NCBI GenBank assembly: GCA_965261085.1
Contig: OZ253442.1
Span: forward strand, 672,001-736,000
Length of the DNA stretch: 64,000 bases
Direction: 5' to 3'
From: a bacterium
GTDB taxonomy: Bacteria > UBA8248
Part shown: piece after piece, positions 46,275 through 56,340 of the stretch
How positions within the stretch are numbered: position 1 is the first letter of the stretch
How the letters are laid out: every line of letters begins with the position of its first letter
Notes under the pieces: model-generated
Told to the model about the DNA's origin: nothing
What the model saw: only the letters and a program-made list of their open reading frames with translations
The model's database searches: none
Position numbers and translations under genes: made by a program

Positions 46275-47837
46275 TTGGTCGTTCATACACTATCCACCGA
46301 GGAGAGACTGCGCGTCATCCAGCGGGTGGGCCATGTGCTGAATTCGAGCCTGGACCTGGAGGTTGTCCTGAGCCGCGTGGCGCACGAAGCGAAGGCGATA
46401 TTCCCGCTGGAGCATTTCGTGCTCTATCTCGTCAACCCGGACAGGAAGACCTACACCATCCGGGCGCTCGTATCGAGTGACGAGATAATCGAAGCGCCTC
46501 GTGAAAACATACCGCTCGAGGGCGGCACGCTGGGTTGGCTCATCGAGCACCGTGAAGCACCCTACGTCATCTACAGGGATTTGGACAGGGAGCGTCCTTT
46601 CGCCGAGGATGAAGGCGTTTTCCGGCGCGGACTCAGGAGCGGGATTCGCGCGCCGCTGGTCATCGGCGATGACGTTTTCGGGGAAGTCGCCGTGGCCAGC
46701 AGTTTGCCCGACCAGTTCACCGAGGAGATGGCCGAGTTTCTCTGTGAACTCACGCCGGCCATCTCCACGGCCGTGGCGAACGCGCGGACGTACACCCAAC
46801 TCGAAGAGGTAAAGAATGGTTTTCATCAGGAGACGCTTCATCTGCGGGATCAGATAAAGGAGATTCACAATCCGGATGAACTCACCGGCTCGAGCCGGGC
46901 GGTGGAGGAAGTCAGGGAATTGATCGCCCAGGTCGCGCCCACCGACGCCACGGTGCTCATTCTGGGCGAGACGGGAACGGGCAAGGAGTTGGTCGCGCGC
47001 GGCATCCACCATATGAGCGCGCGGAGAGACCGCGTGCTGGTGAAGGTGAACTGCGCGGCTTTGCAGGAGACGCTGCTCTTGAGCGAATTGTTCGGCTATG
47101 AGAAGGGTGCGTTCACCGGAGCCGTGGGCAGAAAACAGGGCCGCTTCGAGATTGCGGACAAGGGCACGATTTTTCTCGATGAAATCGGGGAAATCTCCCC
47201 CGAGGCGCAGGTGAAGATTCTCAGAGTCATGCAGGAGCGGGAGTTTGAGCGGGTCGGCGGCAACCAGACGCTGAAAGTGGACGTGAGAATCATCGCCGCC
47301 ACGAACAGGGATTTGGAGGAAGAAGTCCGCCGGGGCCGGTTTCGCGACGATCTCTACTTTCGCCTGAACGTGATACCCATCGAAACGCCTCCGCTCAGGG
47401 ATCGCAAGGAGGATATCCCCGAACTGGTCGATTATTTCGTGAGAAAACACGGACCCCGCATGAACCGGCGCATCGAATCCGTCGACCCCCGCGACCTGGA
47501 GCGGCTCATGCGATACGACTGGCCCGGAAACATCCGCGAACTCGAAAACGTGGTGGAGCGCGGGCTCGTTCTGGGGCGAGGCAGGGTTCTCCGGTTCGAC
47601 AGGCAGCTTCTGGGCGAGGCTCCCCCATCGGCGAGAGAGAGCGAGTTCACGTCGCTCGAGGAGTACGAAAGACGCTATATTCTGCGGGTGCTGGAGCATG
47701 CGGGAGGCCGGGTTTCCGGAGAGAGGGGGGCCGCCCGCATATTGGGAATGAAGCCCACGACGCTTCAGAGCCGGATGAAGAAGCTGGGCATCGAACCCCG
47801 CCGCGAGTTCAGGAGAGCGAACGGCAAGGCGGAATGA
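46275..47837 (+). CDS. Sigma54-dependent activator with GAF domain (FhlA-like)
   Basis: GAF domain, GETGTGKE, GAFTGA, FLDEIGE, WPGNIREL, C-terminal HTH GAARILGMKPTTLQSRM. Confidence 0.95.
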   Translation: MVVHTLSTEERLRVIQRVGHVLNSSLDLEVVLSRVAHEAKAIFPLEHFVLYLVNPDRKTYTIRALVSSDEIIEAPRENIPLEGGTLGWLIEHREAPYVIYRDLDRERPFAEDEGVFRRGLRSGIRAPLVIGDDVFGEVAVASSLPDQFTEEMAEFLCELTPAISTAVANARTYTQLEEVKNGFHQETLHLRDQIKEIHNPDELTGSSRAVEEVRELIAQVAPTDATVLILGETGTGKELVARGIHHMSARRDRVLVKVNCAALQETLLLSELFGYEKGAFTGAVGRKQGRFEIADKGTIFLDEIGEISPEAQVKILRVMQEREFERVGGNQTLKVDVRIIAATNRDLEEEVRRGRFRDDLYFRLNVIPIETPPLRDRKEDIPELVDYFVRKHGPRMNRRIESVDPRDLERLMRYDWPGNIRELENVVERGLVLGRGRVLRFDRQLLGEAPPSARESEFTSLEEYERRYILRVLEHAGGRVSGERGAARILGMKPTTLQSRMKKLGIEPRREFRRANGKAE

Positions 47838-47874
47838 ATCATTACTTAAGACATGAGGTGTGAGGAGAGATTTG

Positions 47875-48606
47875 ATGGATAGGGCAATTTGGGCGACGTG
47901 GTACGACCTGCCGGACGAGGGGGCGAAAGAGTACATCGCATGGCTTCACGACGTGCATCTGCCGGAAATGCTGGAGCGATCCGGCTACCTGTGGGCGGCG
48001 CACGTGGACAACGACAAGAGCGAGGAGCGCAAACAGAACGTGAACAGGCGCCTCACGCATACGGACGACCCCTCCGTGCCGGACGGCAACGGGTATCTGA
48101 TGCTTTTCGGGGCGGAGAGCGTACACACGTTCCTGAACCCCTCTCCTGCGCAGTTGGCTGAAAAGTGGGGGCCGGATGAGCGCGAGATGCTGGGGATGCG
48201 CTTAGGCGTCCGCGAGTGCGTTTTCGTGGAGACGGGGCGCATCGACGGCCCCGAGATTGCGCAGCGCGCGCCGGGCATCACGCCGGGTCCGAGAATCCAG
48301 ATGGGAAGCTTCAACAGCAATGCGCTCGCCAACGAGGAGGGAATGGGCGCGTGGTACGTGCAGCTTCGCTTTCCCCGGATGCGGACGCTCGAGGGTTGCG
48401 TGGGCATGCGGAAGCTGGTTTCGGTGTGCGGATGGGCGAAACACGCCGTGCTCTATGAGTTCGACCTGAACACGTCGGTCGAGCATTATTTTCAAAAAGA
48501 ACTGGAGAGTGAGGACTGGTCGCGCGAGATGGTGGGCAGTCTCGTTCATGCGCCCGGATCCCCAAGCACGGGGAGGCGCATCTGGCCGCCGGTGGCGGGT
48601 TCCTGA
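47875..48606 (+). CDS. Conserved hypothetical protein (duplicated EthD/DUF4286-like alpha-beta barrel)
   Basis: WLHDVHLPEML and a second WY...FP repeat; GAGGAG RBS. Confidence 0.55.
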   Translation: MDRAIWATWYDLPDEGAKEYIAWLHDVHLPEMLERSGYLWAAHVDNDKSEERKQNVNRRLTHTDDPSVPDGNGYLMLFGAESVHTFLNPSPAQLAEKWGPDEREMLGMRLGVRECVFVETGRIDGPEIAQRAPGITPGPRIQMGSFNSNALANEEGMGAWYVQLRFPRMRTLEGCVGMRKLVSVCGWAKHAVLYEFDLNTSVEHYFQKELESEDWSREMVGSLVHAPGSPSTGRRIWPPVAGS

Positions 48607-48618
48607 GAGTTTATAGAG

Positions 48619-48656
48619 AAACCGCCGGGGCCTCGCGCGAGGCCCCGGCGGTTTTT
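48619..48656 (+). terminator. Rho-independent terminator
   Basis: AAACCGCCGGGGCCTCG-CG-CGAGGCCCCGGCGGTTTTT. Confidence 0.85.
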
Positions 48657-48709
48657 GTTGGAGAGGCTTATTTTTTCTTCGAGGCACGTGATTTTATGAG
48701 GAGAGGGAT

Positions 48710-49147
48710 ATGTTCGAGACCACGCGCGGCGGTGTGGATATAGGGCTTTCGACGAGAAACTTACGTAAGATGAAAAAATTCTACACCGAGGCGCTCGGCT
48801 TGGAAGAGGCGGCGACTATCGAGGTGCCGGGTGATTTCGTGCGCGCGGCGGGTTTCGCGCGAGACGGCGTGAAGCTGCACGCCTTGAAATCGGGAGATAT
48901 CCTGATCAAGCTGCTCGAATTCACGGAAACACCCGCCGCAAGCGATGGGCCGGCGGATTCGGCGGGCGGGTTTCGCTACCTCACCTTCTGGGTGAAGGAC
49001 ATGGAGGCGGCCGTGGCGCATCTACGCGATGCGGGCGTGGAGCTGCTCTCCGGCATTTTGTCCCGCGTGCCCGAGAGAAAAACGATTTTTTTCAAAGACC
49101 CCGACGGCAATCTGCTCGAACTCAACTGGGTGGACCCGGCGGTTTGA
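48710..49147 (+). CDS. VOC/glyoxalase family protein
   Basis: FYTEALGL ... FFKDPDGNLLEL. Confidence 0.9.
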   Translation: MFETTRGGVDIGLSTRNLRKMKKFYTEALGLEEAATIEVPGDFVRAAGFARDGVKLHALKSGDILIKLLEFTETPAASDGPADSAGGFRYLTFWVKDMEAAVAHLRDAGVELLSGILSRVPERKTIFFKDPDGNLLELNWVDPAV

Positions 49148-49200
49148 GGGAAACGAAACGCAGGTATTTTCAATCAACACTCAACAGGAGATGAGAAAAA

Positions 49201-49584
49201 ATGAAGCTGACGTTCGATCATATTCATTGCGTTCACACCGACGTGGACGAGGCGGTTGCCTTCTACATGAACGTGCTGGGAGCGACCGAGACGAACCGCA
49301 TCGACAGGGGCGGCGCGCCGCAGGTCTATCTCGACGTTCACGGGGCGAGCATCATCATTCGTGGCAAGCGCGACGGCGAGGAACTCGCGGCGGGGCCGGG
49401 CGGCTGGCCGCGCTACAGCATCGATCACTATGCGTATTGCGTGGAGGGCAAACTCGGTGATGCGGTCGCCGAGGTCCGCGCTCGTGGCGGAAACGTCGTG
49501 GCCGAAGGCGAGGCGGATGAGCTCTATTTCGCCTACGTGGAAGGGCCCGACGGCGTCGTCATCGAGATGATGGAGATGAAGTAA
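49201..49584 (+). CDS. VOC/glyoxalase family protein
   Basis: FDHIH ... IDHYA ... EGPDGVVIE. Confidence 0.9.
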   Translation: MKLTFDHIHCVHTDVDEAVAFYMNVLGATETNRIDRGGAPQVYLDVHGASIIIRGKRDGEELAAGPGGWPRYSIDHYAYCVEGKLGDAVAEVRARGGNVVAEGEADELYFAYVEGPDGVVIEMMEMK

Positions 49585-49633
49585 GTAGATTTAAGGCCGC
49601 GCCCTGTGTTTACGGACGACCGGGGGAGCTGAG

Positions 49634-50290
49634 GTGTTTCAGAAAATCTTTTTTGCGGCTGTCGTCTCGGGCGTAATGGCGGGGCTTTTCGCCACCGCCG
49701 TCCAGTCGATTCGCGTCATCCCCCAGATTTATGAGGCGGAAAAATACGAGAAGCGAGAACCCGTCCCTCACCCCCAAACCCATGAAGACCATGCGGATGA
49801 GGGGGATGGCCTCTCGCGCTTCGCGCTCACGCTCGTCTCGAACGTCGTCTCGGCGATTGGTTTCGCGCTTTTGCTCGTCGGTTGTTTCGCCCTTTACGGG
49901 GAGGTGGACTGGTGGCGGGGAATCCTCTGGGGGGTGGGCGGATTCATCGTTTTTTCTCTCGCGCCCGCGGTGGGGTTGCCGCCCGAACTCCCCGGAGCCT
50001 CGACGGCCCCCCTGCCGCACAGGCAGCTTTGGTGGATTCTCACCGTGGCGGCCACGGGCTCAGGGCTTGGTCTGCTGGCCTTCAAGCCGGGGACGGTTTT
50101 CAAGGCGCTGGGAGTCGCCCTCATCATTTTGCCGCAAGCCATCGGCGCCCCGCACCCTGAGGCGCATGGCGGCTCGTCTCCCCAGGCGCTCATGGGGAGT
50201 TTCATCCTCACGGCGCTCGCCGCCTCGGCGGCTTTCTGGGTCGTTCTGGGTCTTTGCGCCGGGTATTTTTATGGCCGCCTGAGCAGGTAG
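49634..50290 (+). CDS. cbtA: CbtA family predicted cobalt transporter
   Basis: IYEAEKYE, His-rich loop, LAPAVGLPPELPG, RQLWW, IGAPHP. Confidence 0.88.
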   Translation: MFQKIFFAAVVSGVMAGLFATAVQSIRVIPQIYEAEKYEKREPVPHPQTHEDHADEGDGLSRFALTLVSNVVSAIGFALLLVGCFALYGEVDWWRGILWGVGGFIVFSLAPAVGLPPELPGASTAPLPHRQLWWILTVAATGSGLGLLAFKPGTVFKALGVALIILPQAIGAPHPEAHGGSSPQALMGSFILTALAASAAFWVVLGLCAGYFYGRLSR

Positions 50291-50541
50291 CAAACGGCTT
50301 TCGGGACTGTAGGGGATTGATGCTCTAAACTTCAGCTAGATAGCTTCGGTAGTCTCGTTTTTCAACTCCCGCTACAATCTCCATCCTCGTCGTTTCCGAC
50401 AAAAATCAAGCCGGAAGAAATATTGAATAATCGTAGAATTACGTATTATCGTGTGACATGCGCCTTTTTTCACCTCCTCTCTTCCGACGTATGATTTTAT
50501 AAACCCTTGTAAATATAATGGTTCATGGTATTCGTCAGTTT

Positions 50542-50557
50542 TGGCACGGATATTGCC
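50542..50557 (+). promoter_or_regulatory. Sigma54 (-24/-12) promoter
   Basis: TGGCAC-GGATA-TTGC matches the consensus; AT-rich IHF-like tract just upstream. Confidence 0.85.
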
Positions 50558-50616
50558 TATTTATATAGGCAATGTTGTTTCCTGATTGTCGCAGCATGAG
50601 GGAAAGGAGGCGCGAG

Positions 50617-50817
50617 ATGGAATTTATCAAGGTGTACGCGATGACGGCTATCCCTGTGTTTTTCGCTTTCGCCGCGATCTGGTGGTTCATGACCATCAGC
50701 ATCATCCATCATCCTCCGGCGAAGGCCGCACGCGCGAACGACGCCAGAGTGGACCTGGTCGAATCGAAATTGCTGGAAGCCATTGCCCCACCGGAGGAAT
50801 GGCGCAAAGCCGCCTAG
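50617..50817 (+). CDS. Small membrane protein (66 aa)
   Basis: AAGGAGG RBS, one TM helix, directly behind the sigma54 promoter. Confidence 0.65.
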   Translation: MEFIKVYAMTAIPVFFAFAAIWWFMTISIIHHPPAKAARANDARVDLVESKLLEAIAPPEEWRKAA

Positions 50818-50854
50818 AAACGTAGCTTACGAGTTCAGGAAACGGAGAGAAACA

Positions 50855-51331
50855 ATGTATGAGCGAATACTGATACCGCTGGATGGCTCGCAAGATGCGG
50901 AAGCCGCCGTGCATGAGGTGGTTCACCTCTCGGCGAACCCGACGATCGTTCATCTGCAATTGGTGGAAAGCGGCGTCATGCAGTCGAGGCAACTGGAAGG
51001 CTACACGCTGTACGCCGATCAGATTCAGGAAGCGCGAACGCGCTCGGGCGAAGCGTATGTACAGCCCTTGCGGCAAAAACTCGAAGACAGGGGCCTGCGT
51101 GTGGAGGTTTCCATCACCAACGGCGCTCCACTGCATGAGGTGATAGAGGCGGCGGAGAAATTCGACGCCGATCTCATTCTCATCGGCGCCGGGGAAGAAG
51201 GATGGCTGGGACGCCGCTATGGATTGGCGCGTCTCGCCCCGCGTCTTGTGAAAAGACTGAACGCCCATGTTCTGCTGGTTCAGAGGCAGGAACGGGTGCA
51301 ACCGAAAGAGGCTCTCCAGAGAGCCGCATAG
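50855..51331 (+). CDS. Universal stress protein
   Basis: MYERILIPLDGS ... ADLILIG ... VLLV. Confidence 0.9.
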   Translation: MYERILIPLDGSQDAEAAVHEVVHLSANPTIVHLQLVESGVMQSRQLEGYTLYADQIQEARTRSGEAYVQPLRQKLEDRGLRVEVSITNGAPLHEVIEAAEKFDADLILIGAGEEGWLGRRYGLARLAPRLVKRLNAHVLLVQRQERVQPKEALQRAA

Positions 51332-51514
51332 AAATTCCTGCCGTGGCCCAACCATTGGGCCGCGCCCCCACATACCTCCCCCCTGGTGGCCCACGCCATC
51401 CGGCAACGGGCCACCGGGAGGGGAATCCTCACTTTCCATCTTTAGAGTCGTTCCGAAGACATCGACCGGATGCTAGAATCTCGCCTCATCCATGATTCGC
51501 GTAAGGAGTGAGGA

Positions 51515-52411
51515 GTGAGAATCGGAATCCTGTGCCGGGACAAGACACTGCACGGTGTGCGTAGAATTTCAGAGAGCGCCAGGCTCAGAAAGCACCGGGT
51601 GCGTGTGCTGGATCCCTACCGGTTTTTGCTGAAGCTGAACGAGGCGGAAATATCACTCGAATTTCAGGGGAAGCCCTTTTCGGGGGCGGACGTTTTTCTG
51701 CCGCGCCTGGGAGCGAACATATCCGAGCACTCCCTGGCGCTTATCCGTCACCTGGAAGCATCCGGCGCTTTGGTGATCAACGGCTCGGGCGCACTCGAGA
51801 CGGCGCGGGATAAACTCCGCACCTTACAACTTCTGGCGCAAAACGGATTGCCGGTGCCCAGGACGGCGTTCGCGCCCGACCCGGCGTATCTGCGCGCCGC
51901 ACTCGATAGCGTGGGCGGTGCGCCCGTCGTGATGAAGCTGCCTCGCGGCACGCAGGGCAAGGGCGTCATGCGCGCCCACGATATTGAGGAGGCGCAAGCC
52001 ATCTCCGACGTGATGTGGAACTTACAGCGCGACGCCATCGTTCAGGAATATGTCAAAGAAGCGAGAGAGGGAGATTTGCGGGTCATCGTCGTCGGCGGTG
52101 AGGTGGCGGCCGCCGTGAGAAGGAGTGCGTCCAGCGATGAGTTTCGCACGAATCTGCATCGCGGCGGCTCCGTCCAGAAAGTTACCCCCACCCGTCGGGT
52201 TGCGGAACTCGCAAAAAGCGCGGCGAAGCTGTGCTGTCTCGAAATCGCAGGCGTAGACCTGCTGGAGACGAAAAGAGGCCCTTTGGTACTGGAGGTGAAC
52301 GCCGCCCCCGGTTTCGAGGGGGTGGAGCGCGCCGGCGGCCCTGAGGTCGCGCCCGTCATCCTCGATTACGCCGAGCGGCGTTACGAAGAATGGAAGCAGG
52401 GAAAAACCTGA
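51515..52411 (+). CDS. rimK: RimK family alpha-L-glutamate ligase
   Basis: ARDKLRTLQLL, GTQGKGV, FRTNLHRGG, GVDLL, LEVNAAPGFEG. Confidence 0.85.
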   Translation: MRIGILCRDKTLHGVRRISESARLRKHRVRVLDPYRFLLKLNEAEISLEFQGKPFSGADVFLPRLGANISEHSLALIRHLEASGALVINGSGALETARDKLRTLQLLAQNGLPVPRTAFAPDPAYLRAALDSVGGAPVVMKLPRGTQGKGVMRAHDIEEAQAISDVMWNLQRDAIVQEYVKEAREGDLRVIVVGGEVAAAVRRSASSDEFRTNLHRGGSVQKVTPTRRVAELAKSAAKLCCLEIAGVDLLETKRGPLVLEVNAAPGFEGVERAGGPEVAPVILDYAERRYEEWKQGKT

Positions 52412-52484
52412 ATCGTTTGCCGGTCATTTCGTCTCGGCCTATAATCCACAGCCGGTCTGAAAGATTCGATAAGGGAGATTCACC

Positions 52485-53798
52485 TTGAGTGATATCGACG
52501 CCATATGCCTTGCGGCGAGGAGCGCAGCACTCGCGCTGGCGCCCTTGAGCGATGAGGTGCGGAATCGCGCCTTGGCCGCCGTGGCGGACGCGATTGATGA
52601 GAACGTACAGCGAATCCTGGATGCGAACGCGGAAGACGTGGCCGAGGCGGGACCGCTCGTTGCGAGCGGGGAGATGTCCGAGCCTTTGCTCAGGCGTCTG
52701 GAACTCAGCGAACGCAAAATCGCGCAGATGGCGGACGGCGTGCGCGCGGTGGCCGCTCTGCCCGATCCTCTGGGCGTGGCGCGCATGGCGACGCTGCTCG
52801 ATGAGGAGCTCACGCTCAGGCGCATCACCTGTCCCTTGGGCGTCATCGCCGCCGTGTTCGAATCGAGGCCCGACGCGCTGGTGCAGATAGCCTCGCTTTG
52901 CCTGAAATCGGGAAACGCCGCCATCCTGAAGGGGGGGCGTGAGGCCGCGCACACGAACCGCCTGATGACCGAATTGCTGAATGACGCGGCTTCAACAGTG
53001 GCCGAAGCACCCACCGACGCGCTGCAACTCGTCGAGGCGCGCGAGGACGTGCATGCGCTCCTCTCTCGCGACGATGCGGTCGACCTGGTCATACCACGCG
53101 GGAGCAACGAGTTCGTCCGCTACATCAAGGAGCACTCGAACATTCCGGTTCTGGGCCACGCGGACGGCATTTGTCATTTATACGTGGACGAGGCGGCGGA
53201 GACGGCGATGGCCGTGCGCTTGGCTCTCGACGCCAAGACGCAGTACCCCGCCGTCTGCAACGCCATTGAGACGCTTTTGGTGCACGAGAAAAAAGCGGGC
53301 GAATTCCTCCCCCTGGCCGCAAAGGCGCTCGACGAAAAGGGAGTGGCCATCCGGGGCTGCGATGCGACGCGGGCGATTCTCGAAAATGCGGGTGCGGCTT
53401 CCGAAGAAGACTGGAAGACGGAGTATCTCGACCTCATCCTCTCCGTCCGGGTGGTGGAATCACTCGCGGAGGCCGTCGATCACATCAACCGCTACGGCTC
53501 GCGCCACACCGATGCCATCGTCACGGCGGACGAAGCGGCGGCGCGGACTTTTCTTTCGAGAGTGGACGCCGCCAGCGTCATGTGGAATGCATCCACGCGC
53601 CTGGCGGATGGCTTCCGTTACGGCTTCGGCGCCGAGGTGGGGATCGCCACGGACAAGATACACGCGCGCGGCCCCGTCGGCCTGGAAGGTCTGGTGACCT
53701 ACAAATACCAGCTCGAGGGAAACGGCCACCTCGTCTCCGACTACGAGGGGGCCGATGCGCGCGCGTTTCTCCACAGGCCTCTTCCCTTAAGCGAATAA
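52485..53798 (+). CDS. proA: Glutamate-5-semialdehyde dehydrogenase
   Basis: FESRP, KSGNAAILKGG, IPRGS, VCNAIETLL, NASTRLADG, HARGPVGL. Confidence 0.96.
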   Translation: MSDIDAICLAARSAALALAPLSDEVRNRALAAVADAIDENVQRILDANAEDVAEAGPLVASGEMSEPLLRRLELSERKIAQMADGVRAVAALPDPLGVARMATLLDEELTLRRITCPLGVIAAVFESRPDALVQIASLCLKSGNAAILKGGREAAHTNRLMTELLNDAASTVAEAPTDALQLVEAREDVHALLSRDDAVDLVIPRGSNEFVRYIKEHSNIPVLGHADGICHLYVDEAAETAMAVRLALDAKTQYPAVCNAIETLLVHEKKAGEFLPLAAKALDEKGVAIRGCDATRAILENAGAASEEDWKTEYLDLILSVRVVESLAEAVDHINRYGSRHTDAIVTADEAAARTFLSRVDAASVMWNASTRLADGFRYGFGAEVGIATDKIHARGPVGLEGLVTYKYQLEGNGHLVSDYEGADARAFLHRPLPLSE

Positions 53799-53820
53799 AG
53801 CGCTCAGGACGCCTCCGGAC

Positions 53821-54144
53821 TTGGGTAAGTGGGTCGTCGTCTCGTTCCTCATCCTGGGCGGGGCGTTCGTCGTTTTTTTGTTCATCTTCCAGAGCCCCCG
53901 GCAAGAAGAAGCGCTCCTCACCACGGGTGAAGGCGCTACGATCTTCGCGCAGACCTGCGCCGTCTGCCATGGTGCGCGCGGCGAGGGGAAAGGCGGACTG
54001 GGAAACCCCCTGCGCGGCCGTAAACTGCCCGCGGCCTACGTGAAAGAGGTCATCAAGCGGGGGAAGAACAAGATGCCCGCTCTGTCCCATATCCAGGGCG
54101 AGGCGCTCGAGAACGTGGCGAGGTACGTGAATCGTCTGCGGTGA
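53821..54144 (+). CDS. Monoheme c-type cytochrome
   Basis: N-terminal TM, CAVCH, distal MP. Confidence 0.9.
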   Translation: MGKWVVVSFLILGGAFVVFLFIFQSPRQEEALLTTGEGATIFAQTCAVCHGARGEGKGGLGNPLRGRKLPAAYVKEVIKRGKNKMPALSHIQGEALENVARYVNRLR

Positions 54145-54230
54145 GTTTTATACTTGGGCGTTATTTTGCCTTCCACGGCCCTTTGCCGTCATCCCCATCT
54201 ATCTCGAGGTCTGTATTTTGAGCCTTGGGC

Positions 54231-55010
54231 TCATCCCTCGCTTTTCTCTGCGGTTCTCACCGCGAAAGCGAAGCAGACCCCACCAAAGATGATCATGATG
54301 AGGAGGGAGAGCCAAAGCCCCGGCAGGGTGGCCACGGCGTCCGGCGCGCTCAGGTAGAGGGTTCTTCTTAAAGCCGCCACGCCGTAGGTGAGCGGGTTCA
54401 CATGCATGATGAACGAGATGAGCGGGTGCGCGCCCGAGACCGGGAACACCGCGCCCGAAAGCAGCCAAAGCGGTATCAGCAGCAGGTTCATGATGGAGTG
54501 AAACCCCTGGGTGGATTCGATTCGCCAGGCGAGCAGAAGGCCGAGCGCAGTCAGCGCGAAGCCGATTAAGCCCATCACCAATACCGAGGCGAGGGCGGCT
54601 TCCAGCGTGAGCGGAACGCCCGCCAGCGGGGTGGCGATGAGCAGGAGAACGCCTTGTAAGAGCGCCAGCGTGGCGCCGCCCATCACTTGCCCCAGCACGA
54701 TGGCCGAGCGCGGAACGGGGGCTGCGAGCACGCCCTGTAAGAAGCGCGCCTTTCTGTCGTCCACCACGGCGAAAGTCGAGAAGATGGCCGTGAAGAGCAC
54801 CACCATGGCGATGATACCCGGGTAGAAGTATTCCAGATAGCCCTCCCCCCCTCCGCCCGCGTAGCGGAAGTTTCGCCCGAAGCCGCTGCCCAGCAGCAGC
54901 CAGAACAGGATGGGCTGGCCGAACGCGCCGATGATGCGGCTGCGCTGGCGCACGAAGCGCACAATTTCGCGCTGCCAGATCGTTCCCATGCAAAGGAGAT
55001 AGGGGGTCAT
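54231..55010 (-). CDS. ABC-2 type transporter permease
   Basis: WQREIVRFVRQRSR, YFYPG, LSGAVFP, NPLTYGV. Confidence 0.9.
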   Translation of the reverse strand: MTPYLLCMGTIWQREIVRFVRQRSRIIGAFGQPILFWLLLGSGFGRNFRYAGGGGEGYLEYFYPGIIAMVVLFTAIFSTFAVVDDRKARFLQGVLAAPVPRSAIVLGQVMGGATLALLQGVLLLIATPLAGVPLTLEAALASVLVMGLIGFALTALGLLLAWRIESTQGFHSIMNLLLIPLWLLSGAVFPVSGAHPLISFIMHVNPLTYGVAALRRTLYLSAPDAVATLPGLWLSLLIMIIFGGVCFAFAVRTAEKSEG

Positions 55011-55966
55011 TGTTTCCGCCCCTCGGGGAGGTCTTCGTCCGCGTCGGTGAAGCGCTTGCCCGTCTGGTTGATGAACACGTCCTCGAGCGTGGGCTTGCCC
55101 AGCGTGATGGAGCGCACTTCGCCGGGGAACGCCTCGGCAATTTTCGGGATGGCCACATGGGCGTCACGCATCTCGGCGCGCAGGGAGCCGTCCACGCTCT
55201 TCACCTCGCAGGAGAACATTTCCGCAAGTTTCTGGCGCAGGGATTCGGGATTTTGCGCCTCGATGGTCAGCACCTCGCCGCCCACTTCTTTTTTGAGCGC
55301 GTCGGGCGCGCCGATGGCGACGAGATTCCCTTCGTGGATGATGCCCACCCGGTCTGCGTGGTCAGCCTCTTCGATGAAGTGCGTGGTGAGCACGACCGTG
55401 GTGTTCGTTTCATTTCTCAATCTTTTGAGTTCGTTTCTGAAATCGATTCTGGCTCCGGGGTCGAGGCCCGTGCTGGGCTCATCGAGAAACAATATCTCGG
55501 GTCGGGGCAGCAGCGCTTTGGCGAGTTCCACCCTGCGCTGAAGCCCGCCGGAGAGGGTCTCGACGTAATCCTTTTTCCGGTCGCTCAGGCCGAATTGCGC
55601 GAGGAGCGCGCCGGCGGCGTTTTGCAGGGAGCTCCCAAGCATCCCGTGGAGCCGCCCGTGATGGATCATGTTCTCAAACACGGTGAGTTTGGGGTCGAGA
55701 GCTGGTTGTTGAAAGACGACGCCGATTCTCTTTCGCACCGCGTGGGGCGCATTGCGCACCGAATGGCCGAAGACCTGCGCGTCGCCCGCCGTGGGTCGCA
55801 TGAGCGTGGTGATGATGCGGAACAGAGTGGTTTTGCCGCCCCCGTTCGGGCCCAGGAGTGCGAATATCTCACCCTCTGAAACCTCGAAGCGCACGTCCTT
55901 GAGCGCCACGCGATTTCCGTAGCGGTGGGTGACGCCTTGTACGGAGAGGGCGGGATTCGGGTTCAA
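55007..55966 (-). CDS. ABC transporter ATP-binding protein
   Basis: GPNGGGKT, LSGG, LDEPSTGLD, PTLEDVF. Confidence 0.93.
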   Translation of the reverse strand: MNPNPALSVQGVTHRYGNRVALKDVRFEVSEGEIFALLGPNGGGKTTLFRIITTLMRPTAGDAQVFGHSVRNAPHAVRKRIGVVFQQPALDPKLTVFENMIHHGRLHGMLGSSLQNAAGALLAQFGLSDRKKDYVETLSGGLQRRVELAKALLPRPEILFLDEPSTGLDPGARIDFRNELKRLRNETNTTVVLTTHFIEEADHADRVGIIHEGNLVAIGAPDALKKEVGGEVLTIEAQNPESLRQKLAEMFSCEVKSVDGSLRAEMRDAHVAIPKIAEAFPGEVRSITLGKPTLEDVFINQTGKRFTDADEDLPEGRKQ

Positions 55967-56340
55967 TTCGCTGAATCCTCATTATCGTCGGGTGAGAATT
56001 TCCGGCTGAAGAAATAATCCGCGTTCAGCCAGATGGCGCGCGAGTAGCGAAACGAGAATAGCGGAATCAGGATGCAAAGCCCACCCCAGATGATGAGCTG
56101 CGCCGTGAGGCCGGGCGCGATGAAGATTTCGGTCAAGAAATAACCACTCAGGCAGATGATGATCGTGATGGCGTAGTTGACGTAGATGGCGCCGATGAAA
56201 TAGCCCTGCTCACGCTCGATGAGGTAGCCGCAGCCCGGGCATTTTTGGTGCATCTGGAACAGACCGGTGAAAAGGGGTTCGGGACACCTCGGGCACACCA
56301 GCATGCTCCCGCGCCTAAGGGCGCGCAGGAACCCTCTCAT
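55963..56340 (-). CDS. DUF983 domain membrane protein
   Basis: CPRC ... CPGCG ... EQGYFIGAIYVNY. Confidence 0.75.
   Translation of the reverse strand: MRGFLRALRRGSMLVCPRCPEPLFTGLFQMHQKCPGCGYLIEREQGYFIGAIYVNYAITIIICLSGYFLTEIFIAPGLTAQLIIWGGLCILIPLFSFRYSRAIWLNADYFFSRKFSPDDNEDSAN

Noticed and set aside
46290-47936. 548-aa minus-strand ORF (and similar long antisense ORFs at 37999-39318, 12315-13397, 55010-55879)
   Set aside because: Shadow ORFs opposite well-supported genes, expected from codon bias; no protein motifs.
51340-51425. Two GC-rich hairpins after the USP gene
   Set aside because: Consistent with ordinary 3' UTR stabilising or terminating structures; no known RNA motif recognised.
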